Counted from the first letter of the stretch, positions 1 through 12,356 are shown. The stretch is DNA of 52,741 nucleotides from Nemertoderma westbladi (GCA_032718475.1 JAUCBJ010006837.1:1-52741), one strand, 5' to 3'. Notes: generated from the letters alone by a model not told the origin. Program-made: numbers and translations.

Positions 1-135
1 TGAATGATCGCGCACAGATTGGTTTCGACTAGTGTAGTGAATCAGATACTTGTCCTAGGCTAAAAAGCGATTTAATATCTAGAAGACATCTTAATTTGGC
101 GGATTAAACTGCCAAAGGTCTGAAAGCGCGAACAG

Positions 136-899
136 CTTAAATGTAAATTACAAGTAGCTCAGAATAAAGTAGTACGATTTATTAAAGACTACAAACCTAG
201 GCACCACCTAACTCCAGATGACTTTTCTGAATCTGGACTACTTAACTTAGATAGTAGAGTTAAGCAGCTACGCCTTAACCATGTGCATAAAGTGTATAAT
301 GGTAAATGTCCCAATTACCTAAAACAAAAATTCAACAGAGTACGCGATACACACTCTTACAGTACCAGAGCTAGTGCTTCAAACTTCTACCTCCCGAATT
401 GTAAATCCTTTGAATCTGATACTTTCTTTTTTAACGGCATAAAAAATTGGAACGCTCTGCCTAATGAAATTAAAAACCTAAATAATCAACATTCTTTTAA
501 ATCTGCAGTTAAATCTCATCTCCGTGTGCAATGTAAAAATAGGTACAATAGACCTACAGTAAGTTATTAGTTTATTAATTATTTACTATTTATACTGTAA
601 TTACGTTTTATAATAAATTGATCTGTACATTACATCTTTATCGTTGAGTCGGGCATTGTCACGCTCTCGGTAAAGTTGTACATGTACATAGTGTAATTAC
701 GTTTTATATTGGTTTTAGGTTAGCGTAGTGTAATATTGTATTTGTAACCAAGTAACATAAAGGACCCCCTTGGAAATAAGCTGCAAAGCTTTAGGGGTAA
801 TCCTATATGTTATGTTGGACAATACCTTTATACCGGTACATTGTTTGGTGTATTTGTTATTGTTTTTACATAATGTATAAATAAATCTATCTATCTATC
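136..899 (+). mobile_element. 5'-truncated L2/Crack-like LINE 3' end (RT C-terminus, 3' UTR, (ATCT)n tail)
   Basis: Reading KCKLQVAQNKVVRFI... into ORF 283-570 (HSYSTR...FFFNGIKNWNALP...FKSAVKSHL) is typical of L2-group ORF2 C-termini; 3' UTR stem-loop GGAC...GGAAA...TCC at 762-803; AATAAA followed by TCTATCTATCTATC at about 881-899. Confidence 0.8.
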
Positions 900-2769
900 C
901 ATTGTTTACGTTTAATTGACTCTGTCGCCTCCTCGGATTATGGATTAGGAATCCGGCCGGGTTTCGTAGATTCCGCCATCGTTCAGCAGTTCAGTGCTTT
1001 TAATCAAAGCCAGAATTCCGGCACCGGCACCACGACCAACGATTTCGGAAGTAACAGACTCCGTCAACAACACTCGGGGTTTAAAAAATACAACTATTAT
1101 CGGCAACTTGTAACTGGGCGATCATCTATCTGATAGTTGAAAAGACTGTCTGACAGTTGGTATCAGACTATCTGATAGTTAGCGCCCCATGGGTAAATCC
1201 TTACCCCATGGGCCGTTACCTCTCTGACTGACAGCGCAACAGCCCCTATAGCACTAATTGGCTGCTCCCATAGATGCTTTAGGCATTGTATTGGTACGCA
1301 ATGCATATTGTCAGAGCGACCGCCCAGTCTGCCAAAATCTATTATGTAATCAAATGGTACCACAAGCCAAGCAAAGCCTCCGACAGTTCTTTCCGGCTCT
1401 GCACCTGTTTGTTTGAAGGTCGACGTCCGTGGGTCGCTACTCGCTAGCTGTGATTGATAGCTTAAACTGGGTGCCGCTTTGCCAGAAGGCGGTACACATC
1501 AATTGAATATCAGGCAAACATTTAAAATATGCTCAAATATAAACGCCAGGGACAGGGGATATTTTAATATCTCTATTAAGTTAAAACAACACAAGAGTGT
1601 AGCCGTTCTATCGTACTTGAAAGTCGAAAGCCTTTCTTCGTTTTTAAGAAGGAATTCTCGCGCTCTCGTCACCGTAGTTATCATATTAAACAGTTAAGGT
1701 AGTACGGGTTGACCTCAGGTGACTAATGAAATGAATGACAAAAGTATTACAAAGCTTTTCTCCCAACAGGGCTTCTTCCTTCAGGTCATTGTAATGAAAC
1801 TGCGTCTGCCAAAACACAGAAAAACTGCAGCGCAGTTTCTCTTATATTAATTGTTAATGTCGCCGTAAATTCAATTTGTATACTTGCGACCGAAAACCCA
1901 TCCCATAATCACCTCAGGAATCTCAATGTGATAAATTAATGGGAATAGCTTCGAGGCAATAAACTGGCCAGCCCACAAGTATCACTTTGTTGCCCGCATG
2001 ATATTGTTCCCCGAGAATGCCTCTGCCTCTCAGTTAACTTACCACGAGCTGTCAATCACGAATACCTCGGAGTTTATTTTCTCAAAGAATTTAAAGTGCC
2101 GCTAACTACCTAAAAGTGACATTTCTCAAAGAGTTCAAAGAATTCAAAGTGCCTAAAAGCAGGAAATCACTTTGAGATTCCCAACTAAAAGTGTCTACAA
2201 GAATTCAAAGCGGCCGTTGGGAGTAATGTAATGACTTTTAGACACTTTTAGAAAAACTTTGAGAAAATCTCAAAGAACAGATGCACTTTGAGACCCCGAC
2301 TGTAGTTCGGCGTTGCTCCGGTGCTAATAAGCACAAGCGAACTGCACGTTGTGGAATATGGTTTGAGAAGAGTCGATTCGTGGAGTGAATGTTGGCATAA
2401 CAAACGCCACCAACCCGTGGTCTGCTACCAATGGAACAGGGACCTACATACATGAAACCGTCAACCATTACGGTAGAGTGGGTGAGTGCGACAGGCACCC
2501 ACACTCAACGTATACGTTGAGTGGCAACATATATGTACATGCAACATACATATGATTACAACATATACGTCTATATATAGAGTCGATGTGGGACCACTTA
2601 AAGACGTCAGTCATCCGCAATAAGAAATGCACAACCACAACTTATTTCTTGCCAACGGGCAGAATTTCGGTGGAGACTTTTAAATCTCGACCAACCTTTT
2701 CAAATCTCCTTGCACTTTTCAACCATTACTATCATTGCTGAATGTCTATACTGTACCTTATACCTTAAC

Positions 2770-2856
2770 CAACCTAAACGGCCCTTTTCAGGGCCAACTA
2801 ATGTACGACCTGACTTAAACAACCCAAACGGCCCTTTTCAGGGCCAACATGTACGG
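2770..2856. repeat. Two-copy direct repeat, each with a GGCCCT-TTTC-AGGGCC hairpin
   Basis: aacc(t/c)aaacggcccttttcagggccaac occurs twice, about 50 bp apart. Confidence 0.6.
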
Positions 2857-2860
2857 TAGA

Positions 2861-3020
2861 ATAGATAGATAGATTTATTTATACATTATGTAAAAACAAT
2901 AACAAATACACCAAACAATGTACCGGTATAAAGGTATTGTCCAACATAACATATAGGATTACCCCTAAAGCTTAGCAGCTTATTTCCAAAGGGGTCGTTT
3001 ATGTTACTTCTGTTACTTGG
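2861..3020 (-). mobile_element. Short inverted copy of the same LINE 3' UTR and tail as 750-899
   Basis: Near-exact reverse complement of about 750-899, including the tail (gatagatagatttattt) and the stem-loop. Confidence 0.85.
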
Positions 3021-3409
3021 TAGAATGTAATTAAGATTACGTACGCGCACAGTAAATAGTAATTAAACTAATAGATTAAGCTAAAATATTACATAATTGA
3101 GCTAGTAAATATAGATTACATTAAAATAATACATTACCTTCTAAGAACTTAATAAATAATACCCATGCAATCCGCAAGGTGGTGCACAATACTGCTGTAC
3201 CGGTACCTGTACCATTATTTATCTTTAGGATTGTTTCAGTGTTTGGCGGCGAGTGTCGTTCAAACGTAGGCCTACTACAGTTCTACAGTACTAATACCGA
3301 GTAGCGATTATGCAAAAAATTTCCCTATGCCTATAGGGAAATAAAAGTTTCCCTATAGGGAAATTTTAAAATTTCCCTATTGGGCAAATTTCCCAGACTG
3401 TATTGAGGT

Positions 3410-5597
3410 GGATAACAAACTATATTTTAAGAACCTCGTGCTGACTGCGAGCGGGAAATCCGGATTCTCAGTTCTGGAAACACAAATGCGATCTTTCGGT
3501 ACCTGAAGAAAAAGAACTCCAACAGATCGGACATTGGCCCCCTGAAATACAAAGGTGAAACAGTAATTGATGACAAAACTAAGGCTACCATTTTTTCCTC
3601 TGTCTTTTCAGAAAATTTTACCCCTGACAATAATGTGCCTTTAAATTTTAACCGCAAAGTAGGCCTACCCTATAATGTTAATTTATCTTCTGTTGATTTT
3701 AATCCTGTAAATGTTTTAACTTTTTTACATAAACTAGCTCCGAAACACAGTTCCACCCCGGACGGGTTCCCGGCTATTCTATTTTCTAAACTAGTTTGTA
3801 CCATAGCAGCGCCCTTATCAGTTATTTTCCGTGTCTCTTTTGAATCGCACGCCCTTCCATCTGTTTGGCTCACTGCCTAGTGCCTACATTATACCTGTAT
3901 TTAAAAAGGGCGATTCATCAGACCCTTATAATTACAGACCTATCTTCCTCACGTGCATAACCTGTAAGATAATGGAAATGGTAATTAAAGATGCTTTGAT
4001 AAATTACCTGTTAACAAACAAATTAATTACCCGGGCACAACACGGTTTTTTAAAGAGAAAAAGTACATGTACACAATTATTAGATTGTCTTTCCGATTGG
4101 TGCAAACTTATAAGCGTAAAAATGTTGATGTAATATATGTAGATTTCTCTAAAGCGTTCGATTCTGTCGTACATAGTAAACTTCTGTGTAAATTATCGGG
4201 GTATGGTGTTTGTGGGAGTCTATTAGATTGGTTTAAAGCATTTTTATCCAACAGATCTCAGCAAGTTTTGGTGGGCAATATGTTTTCACAGGTTTGTGCA
4301 GTTATCTCTGGTACGCCGCAAGGCAGTGTTATCGGACCTTTACTTTTTATGTTATTTATCAACGACTTACCTGACCTTCTTTTACCAGTTAGTGCCAAGT
4401 TATATGCTGATGATGTGAAAATATATTCCTCCTCTGATCAGCGAAATTCTATTGTCACTGCTCTTCGGCAACTGGAGACTTGGGCGTCAGAATGCCAGCT
4501 AAACTTAGCTGCTCATAAATGTTTTGCGGTTTACATTGGTGCGACTAATCCTAAGCATATATATTTTTTAAACAGTGCTGTGCTTAAATCTGAATCCTCC
4601 TGTAAAGATCTTGGCCTTTTAATTGCCCCTGATCTCAAGTTTAATATTTACTGCAAGGCTCAGGTTGCGAAAGCCTTTAGAGTAATTAACATGCTTTTTA
4701 GAAACATTGTCTCCACAAACAAGTCGGCTTTACTAACAGCATATAAATCTATGGTGCGTCCTCTACTTGAATATTGTACCCCTGTGTGGTCTCCGTTTAC
4801 AAAGAGATTTATAAACCTCGTGGAACGTGTACAACGGTACTTCTGTAGGCGACTCTTTCTTAGGTGCAATCTGTCCCCCGCTACTTATATTGATCGCTTA
4901 CATTTTTTGAATTTGCAGCCGCTAGAGGTACGTAGACATGTTTTCGATTTAAAGATGGTCTACCGTATAAAACACGGACTTGTAGATCTTGAGAGCGCCC
5001 AGTACTTTTCTGAGCCGCCTCGTTCAGGTCTGAGAGGCCACAACCAAAAGCTTTTTGTACCTCGCTGTCGGCTGCAGATATACAAACATTATTTTTCAAA
5101 TCGTGTTGTGCCGCTTTGGAACTCCTTGCCGTCTGAAACTGTTGGTGCAAAATCAATTTCAATATTTTCTCATTTGCTACTTGATTTCGATTTTATGCCT
5201 TTCTGTAACTTTGATATCTGATATTATTACTTTATCTGATATAATTTAATTATTGTTCATATCATCCATGGTCCAAATTTTAGTTTTACTTATACCCAAT
5301 TTCATACCGTCCGTGAGTGTAGCTGAAATGATTTTATTTCTGAAAATTTTTATAAATCCGTTTTTCTTCAAAATTGTTATTGCTGTTTTTACATGTGTTT
5401 TCATTGTATCGTCCGAAATTCTACATCCTACTGTATGTATACTCATAAATCTAATCTACTGTATGTATAGTGAACTTTAAACCTACACTGTAAGTGCCTG
5501 GTGCCTAGTGGTGGTCTCCCTCTAACGTGTTTTATTTGTTTGTATAAATTGTTGTATTTTTTACCATTAAAGAGCGCTAATAATAATAATAATAATA
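3410..5597 (+). mobile_element. 5'-truncated, disrupted CR1-clade LINE (ORF2 RT domain, 3' UTR, (AAT)n tail)
   Basis: ORFs 3635-3880, 3831-4133 and 4067-5221 give KGDSSDPYNYRPI, QHGFLKRKST, DFSKAFDSV, SGTPQGSVIGP, YADD, LRGH..KL and FSNRVVPLWNSLP; a stop and a frameshift split the frame; (aat)n tail at about 5578-5597. Confidence 0.9.
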
Positions 5598-5689
5598 ACC
5601 ATATTGATTCTATCAGTCTATTACCGGTACAAAAAATGATATAAAGCAGTAAAGTTATTAACTGTCTATTTAGGTGCTTTGTTACTGAC

Positions 5690-6125
5690 AATTGTGATGC
5701 TATTTTATTTGCCTATGAGATTTATGCCCGGCCAATATTAGAATACGCGGTAGTGCTGTAGTGGTAGTGCTCCTGTTTGGAACCCATTTATCTGTTTATC
5801 AAAACTCCACCAGTCCACCCTTTTTTGGACTTACCGATAAGCTGGAATCTGTGCAACGGTATTTTACACGCAGATTATTTAAAAGGTGCAATCTTGATAT
5901 ACATTTCCGAATACCAGTCGCGTTTGGTGTACCAAATTAGAATCTCTCGACAGCTCGAACTACGGCATCTGCATATTGATTTAATTACTGTGTATAAAAT
6001 TTTTCACGGTCACATTTCTATCTGTCTAGTCTATGGATATTGCAGTATTGATAGCCTCTTCCAGAGATCCAAAATGTCATCCCTCCGGCTGTCCGGGCAG
6101 CCGGGGCCACCAATATAAACATGTA
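5690..6125 (+). mobile_element. Older degraded CR1-like LINE fragment (RT C-terminal region)
   Basis: AYEIYARPILEYA at about 5711; LELRHLHIDLITVYKIFHG and SRGHQYK in shifted frames; ends at the foldback element. Confidence 0.65.
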
Positions 6126-6146
6126 AACTACACCGGTCAGCCTATA

Positions 6147-6360
6147 CACCCAACTACACCCAACTTTCACCCAACTACACCCAACTTTCACCCAACTACA
6201 CCCAACTACACCCAACTACACCCAACTACACCCAACTTTCACCCAACTACACCCAACTACACCCAACTTTCACCCGCAACTACACCCAACTTTCACCCAA
6301 CTACACCCAACTTTCAGCCAACTACACCCACACAGTTCCACCCCACTACACCCAACTTCC
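6147..6360. repeat. 10/11-bp minisatellite CACCCAACTA / CACCCAACTTT (left arm)
   Basis: Direct tandem array; source of the spurious HPTTPNF ORF. Confidence 0.95.
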
Positions 6361-7639
6361 ACTGCACTTCCACTTCCACTCTGCATCCAACTTACACAAA
6401 ACTATACCTACTGTATGGCACCAAACTTCCACAAATTACAATATGTACAGTAACCAACTCTTCGAGGAATTGCTGAGATATGAGCTTTTAAATGTTTCAT
6501 GTACTGTATGTTGCCCCCACTGCTGAGCAATTATGAAAATAACAAACTAACGTTTTATATTTATTGCAGGTTGGTTCTAGAATAATTGATGAATTTAGCA
6601 ATAAATAAACAAAGGAGAGACGCAGAGACTATTGACGAACGATCCAAGCTACAGTATAAAACTAAACTGGCGCTATGGGATTGTGGTGAAAATGAAAACG
6701 GTATTGATACACAGGAGGGTCACCGTCACAGCCTTAACGACGAAATCGCATTGGAAACTTCTGTTATGGGAATAGCAATGCAGATAATTCGTACAAAGTT
6801 AATGGACATAAGTTCTATATTATACAGTATGTTTAATGCAATTATAATAATGTAATTATCCTTTATGTATCATAGAATACAAGAAAAAGAACTGTAACAT
6901 TATTTTCAGCAGCTTTATTTTAATCTTGGGCCCATGTAAACACTTTCTGCCGTTATATATTTAACTTTGCAGTTGCCCCCATGTGAAGAATCCCAGGTTT
7001 TCATTAAAATCACAGGTTACAAAAGGGCTGAATCTAACCAAAACAATAAACGAAATTTAGCCGTATCAAAACGAAACGTATCAAAAAGATAAATTAAAAA
7101 AAATAAAAAATCTTCATACATAAAATTCCAATAAAATGTCGACCGAAAAGTTAAATCCTGGTATTATTCACATGGACGAACTTTATGGCCTTTATATTAA
7201 TTAATTTTTAACGAAACAACAGCAATAATTTTAGAACATTTTACATTTTTGATAAACTAAAAGGGGATCTGGTAAGATCTGTACAGGTCAAGGGAATTTC
7301 TGCAAGGAACTTATTATGATCTTCACATACAGGCGATGCCAGAATGGACAAGATCTCACAGTATGAGAATCGATAAGATCGTTATACATTACAGATCTTA
7401 CAGTAGTAGAAATAATAATTCATCACACTAGGGTAGAGAATTGCAGACGTTGATCAACGTAATCATATAGACGCGGCTTGGGGTCTCTAGTACATACTGT
7501 ACAGTATATGTACAGTAGGATATGACAATATTCAGCTTATTTTATTACAAACAACGAAATGGGAGAAGTGTATTTAATCTTTCAGACATTCCACCCATTC
7601 GAAAATCCTCACGTGATCAACATTGAGGTTTCCAAACTA

Positions 7640-8123
7640 ATGTGTGCATTGTACTTGACACAATGAACCCGGCGTAGCATTCTTGTGAATGTGCCATCCA
7701 GAGATTTGGTGTCCTCAGCAGTTAGAGCCCAGCATGGACTCCCGTAGAGGAGTACTGGAACTACTGCTGCTCTAAATAATCGGACCTTGAGTTTCCGATT
7801 AATTCTCGGTAACTTCCAAATCCTGGAAAGCCTATTTAAGGCTGCCCATGCCTTTCCCTTACGTATTCGAAGGTCCTCATCTGACTTCCGGATCCATGAT
7901 CCCAGGTAACAGAAGTTGTCCACATGCTCAAGCATACCATCCTTTGAGATTATGCTCATCCGATCAGAGACTTGCTGAGGACTTTCAAAGTTAACTGTCA
8001 AAATTGTGGTCTTTCTGGAGGTAATAAAAAGACCAAAACTAGAAGCAGAATGTTCTAATGAGCTGAGGAGCCGTTGGGCTCCCTCTAATGATTCTGAGAG
8101 TACTCCTAAGTCATCAGCAAATT
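7640..8123 (-). mobile_element. Internal fragment of an RTE-clade LINE flanked by a 27-bp direct repeat
   Basis: FADDLG..., FCYLGSWI, VVPVLLYGSPCW, LDGTFTRMLRR; very similar to about 42523-42990; flanks tgatcaacattgaggtttccaa(a/g)ctaa at 7614-7640 and 8129-8155. Confidence 0.85.
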
Positions 8124-8427
8124 CTATCTGATCAACATTGAGGTTTCCAAGCTAAATTCTCACATGTGAATGAATAATATGTCACACACTTTAGGTATGT
8201 TGCTACATAGTCGGATCCCAAGTGGGGTTTCTCATCGGGCTTTAATGTGGATCAGTTGGCGAAAATCTTCAAAAGTTACTTACGAATGAATTTTTCGTTA
8301 CAGACAGACAAGCGGACAGAACGACCTACTGGAGATGAAATTTTGCCCTATTTTTACTAATTGCAATTGTGCGCTAAGGCTTGCCCTGACTGCGTGACTC
8401 GTCCCACAGAGCACCAAACTCTCCAAC

Positions 8428-8625
8428 CAACTACACTCAACTTTGACTCACTTTCACCCAACTACACTCCACTTCCACCCAACTACACCCAACTTTCAAC
8501 CAACTACCCCCAACAACACCCAACTTTCACCCAACTACACCCAATTCTCCACCCAACTACACCCAACTATCACCCAACTACAGTACACTCAACATTGTCT
8601 CACTTCCACCCAACTACACTTACCT
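8428..8625. repeat. Degenerate third copy of the CACCCAACTA minisatellite inside the foldback spacer
   Basis: Same unit and orientation as 6147-6360, more diverged. Confidence 0.85.
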
Positions 8626-8958
8626 TTCACCACTTTCTCGCAGGTCAGGATTTTTGAAAATAAAAAATTATAAAGCAAATTATAAAATTGTCAAAAACCA
8701 TACAAATCCTAATCTACGTCGCTTTTTGGATGTGAAGATGAGTAGGACATACAGTACAATATATCTAATGTTTAGTTCTGAGGCATAACAGCGAGAACAT
8801 GCGAGCCACGTAGTAAAGGCGAGCCTTAACGCACTATGATAATTAGTAAATACTGGAAAATTTATTTCGAGTTATTATCATATTCGAGTTAGTGAAATAT
8901 TGAAACGAGGGACCGAAGTGAGATAAAAGTACATTATACACTACAGTATAATACGTTG

Positions 8959-9086
8959 TTTTATTGTTAAATTTCTTGATTACTTAACGCTCGTCTATGG
9001 ACGAGCCGCAAATAATCCATCTATCTACTATATTTACGGCTTGTCCAAGGACAAGCGTTAAGTAATTCAGAAATTTAACAATAAAA
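8959..9086. repeat. About 128-bp palindromic MITE-like hairpin
   Basis: Roughly 56-bp inverted arms (ttttattgttaaatttc...ccgcaaata / tatttacgg...gaaatttaacaataaaa), each with an internal mini-palindrome. Confidence 0.8.
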
Positions 9087-10020
9087 TATTATAATTATCC
9101 TTTGTATCATATTACAAGAAAGATTGTAACATACAGTAGTCTTTATTTTCAACAGTTTTATTCTAAACTTCGTGGCCTTTATATTAATTTGATCTTATCT
9201 TTCGTTTATTATTTTGGTTCCATGAGAAATTTATTATTCGCCTATATTATACAGAAAGTACTTTATTTGCTAACCATTAAGATTGGATCAGGGAGCCAAA
9301 TGGAGTGTAAACTTGAGACATGTAAAATGTAATGAGAAATGTAAAAAGTTCTAAAATTATTTCTGTTGTTTCGTTAAAAATTAATTAATACAGTATAAAG
9401 GCCATAAAGTTTAAGATAAAGAAGCTGAAAATAATGTTACAGTTTATTTTCTTGTATTTTATGATACATAAAGGATAATTACATTATTATAATTGCATTA
9501 AACATACTGTATAATATAGAACTTATGTCCATTAACTTTGTACGAATTATCTGCATTGCTATTCCCACAGCAGAAGTTTCCAATAATGCGATTTCGTCGT
9601 TAAGGCTGTGACGGTGACCCTCCTGTGTATCAATACCGTTTTCATTTTCACCGCAATCCCACAGCGCCAGTTTAGTTTGTACTGTAGCTTAGTTTGGAGT
9701 TTTGATGCGTGGTATGTGTAGACATCTATAGGTATCTGGATCGTTCGTCAATAGTCTCTGTGTCTCTCCTTTGTATATTTATTGCTAAATTCATCAATTA
9801 TTCTAGAATCAACCTGCAATAAAAATAAAATGTTAGTTAGTTATTTTCATAATTGCAGGGCAGTGATGGCAAAATACAGCACGAGTACATGCAACTTTTA
9901 AAAGTTCATATCTCAGCAATTCTTCAAAGAAGTTCAGAGTTTGTTACTGTACATATTGTAATTTGTGGAAGATAGGTGCCATACAGTATAGTTTGGTGTA
10001 AGTTGGATGCTGTTGTGTTG

Positions 10021-10155
10021 AAGTTGGGTGTAGTTGGTGAAAGTTGGGTGTAGTTGGGTGGTAGTTGGGTGAAAGTTGGGTGTAGTTGGGTAAAAGTTGG
10101 GTGTAGTTGGGTGTAGTTGGGTGTAGTTGGGTGAAAGTTGGGTGTAGTTGGGTGA
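10021..10155. repeat. TAGTTGGGTG minisatellite (right arm of the foldback)
   Basis: Reverse complement of the 6147-6360 array. Confidence 0.95.
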
Positions 10156-10587
10156 TTAGGCTGACCCTGTCAGTATGTAGGCCTAGTACATTTTATCGGT
10201 CACGTCGTGTTTTGTTTTTATTTACTTTTTTTTATGTGCCATAGCGTCCCGAGACAGTGAGACGTTTGGTTTTTTATATTCTTGCTAGTTGCTACCGTAT
10301 CTTTCAGTATTTTACATGCCTGTATGTATTTTTATTGTTTATTTACGCTGCTATGACAGTATGACTTTGGTCTGTTGGTATCTCCATACCCAAATAATAT
10401 AATACAGTAATAATAGACTACTGGACTAGGCCTACATCTCTATAACGGAAGCTGTTGTAAGGCAGTCAGGGTCAGGTTGTGTTTATTACCCCTGTACACC
10501 AATACGGTAGGCCTACTGGCTGACTGGTGAACCGGTAGGCAGTAGGCTACAATAAATAAAAGTTGACAGTAATAGTAGTAATACCGC

Positions 10588-11054
10588 TAGGCTGCAAACC
10601 ACCACTGAACCGCGCACAACGCCTGCGCACAATTTTTCACCCGGGCAATATTGGACAATAGGCCTATACGAAAATGTCTGAAAAAGATACGCGAGCAAAA
10701 CTCAAATGACCGAAATTTAGACATTTGAGCAATCTGACAATGCAAAATACAAAGAAACGCGAGCGAAACGAGCGAAATTTTTTGTGGCAAATTATTTTTC
10801 TCACTTTGCACTGTTGCATGCACGAAAAACGTTTTTACACCTCATCCGCCTGTCCGTGCACTTTATGACTTTTGATATTTTGCACAGATTAGGCCTATCA
10901 GCCTATGGATTACTGTGCACTTTTGTTGTCTTTCACATAATTCGGCGCACTTTTATTTCAATTCCGCGCGCTTTTACCGCCAGACCGCGCACTATTTCAA
11001 ATACGCGCACAACTGCACAACGCGTTGCGATTTTTGCACTTCATTTGCAACCTG
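10588..11054. mobile_element. Non-autonomous hAT-type element
   Basis: TIRs TAGGCTGCAAA / TTTGCAACCTG; 8-bp flanks aataccgc (10580-87) and aataccgg (11055-62); GCGCAC/TGCAC subterminal motifs. Confidence 0.7.
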
Positions 11055-11126
11055 AATACCGGTAGGCCTATATACTACAGTCAGACAGTTGTTAAAAAAT
11101 CAGTGCCCTTGAAACCGGAAAGAGCC

Positions 11127-11419
11127 CGATATTTTTCTATATTGGTACTACGAATTACCGGTACCCCAAAAGGCACCAAAATATCGACAAAATTAAACAG
11201 TAACCAGCTGACAGGCTGACCACAGACCAGTAACGGCAGACGGTAGCAGTAGGTGGTATTTATTTTATTTATTTAAATAAATAAATAAACCGCCGGTCTG
11301 GCGGTACTCAGGTACTGGCTGTCTGGTCAGGTCAGCTGCCTCAGCTGGTTACTGTTTAATTTTTTCGGTATTTTGGTGTCTTTTTGGGTAATTCGTAGGA
11401 CCAATATAGAAAAATATCG
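11127..11419. repeat. About 290-bp imperfect palindrome
   Basis: 11127-11221 is the reverse complement of about 11330-11419; AT-rich palindromic centre tttatttaaataaa. Confidence 0.85.
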
Positions 11420-11639
11420 AGTATAAAAATACGGAGTGTAAATATGTCAAAATATGTAAATATCCCAAATATGGAGTATAAAAAAAATCGAGAGTTAGAA
11501 ATATCGCTGGTAAAAATATCGCGAATAAAAATATTGTGTGTAAAAATATCGTTGAGTAGGTGGTAGGCTATAAATATCGCAATTTGAAAATTGAAATAAA
11601 GATAAATAAGAGTTAACAATTAACATATCGCTTCGCTAG

Positions 11640-12088
11640 GGGTCCGACGAATCTGTACAAAAAAGTACAAACAAATACAATATAGTACAAAAGAGTATAA
11701 TAAAGTGCAATAATAGTACAATAGAGTGCAAAAATAGTACAAAAGAGTACAAACGAGTGAGCGATGATGTGCAAAATAAAACAAAGCATTGTGGGGCGAG
11801 CCACGCATTGAGCAGGGGCTGATCTAGCAGTCAGAGTCAGAGAGCATGACAATACAATCTTATGAGTTTTAATGCAGCTTTTTGTGTTCGAAAATCACAA
11901 AAAACGGTCCCAAGCTGCCAAGCCCGCCGCAAAATTGCAGAGGGAGAACTCAACAGCTCAATAAAGTTGATAGATAGCTGGATAGAGGGAGAGGCATTTA
12001 TTGTGTGCCGTACTCTTTTGTACTCTTTTGTACTATATTGTACTATTTTGTATTTTTTTGTACTTTTTTGTACAGATTCGTCGGACCG
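11640..12088. mobile_element. MULE-like MITE about 270 bp upstream of the TRRAP ATG
   Basis: TIR GGTCCGACGAATCTGTACAAAAAAGTAC at both ends followed by AGTACAAA arrays; 9-bp flanks cttcgctag / tatcgctag (7/9 match). Confidence 0.7.
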
Positions 12089-12356
12089 TATCGCTAGTAA
12101 AAATAAATTTTCATTTGTTCATGGTAGAAAGTGTTTTCGACATATATATGTCTGATATATTTCATGTCTCTATATTTTTCAATAGACCGTTCTAAATATT
12201 AAACTTCTACGAATATTTTCTGAACTTCCCATATGCCTACTGTCTACTGTTTTCTGTTATAGTTAGTTATACCGGTACATATTAATATTTATTATAAATA
12301 ATTTTCACATTGTTGGGAGGGTCATATCAGCATATTTCACCTTATATTTTGTTGCC

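Larger units (their letters stand above)
6129..10170. mobile_element. Large non-autonomous foldback-type DNA element with long inverted arms and subterminal minisatellite
   Basis: About 6129-6910 plus 7180-7250 is the reverse complement of about 9337-10170; termini ...ggtcagccta / taggctgacc...; no transposase; TSD not cleanly resolved. Confidence 0.8.

Noticed and set aside
3315-3400. hAT-like right end (TTTCCCTA repeats, ...cccagactg)
   Set aside because: No matching left end or TSD was found, so it was not called.
6033-6476. HPTTPNF mucin-like ORFs (also 8361-8673)
   Set aside because: These are translations of the CACCCAACTA minisatellite.
10021-10155. Telomeric repeat or chromosome end
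   Set aside because: The array is internal, mirrored in the opposite arm of an inverted element, and not TTAGGG/TTAGG.
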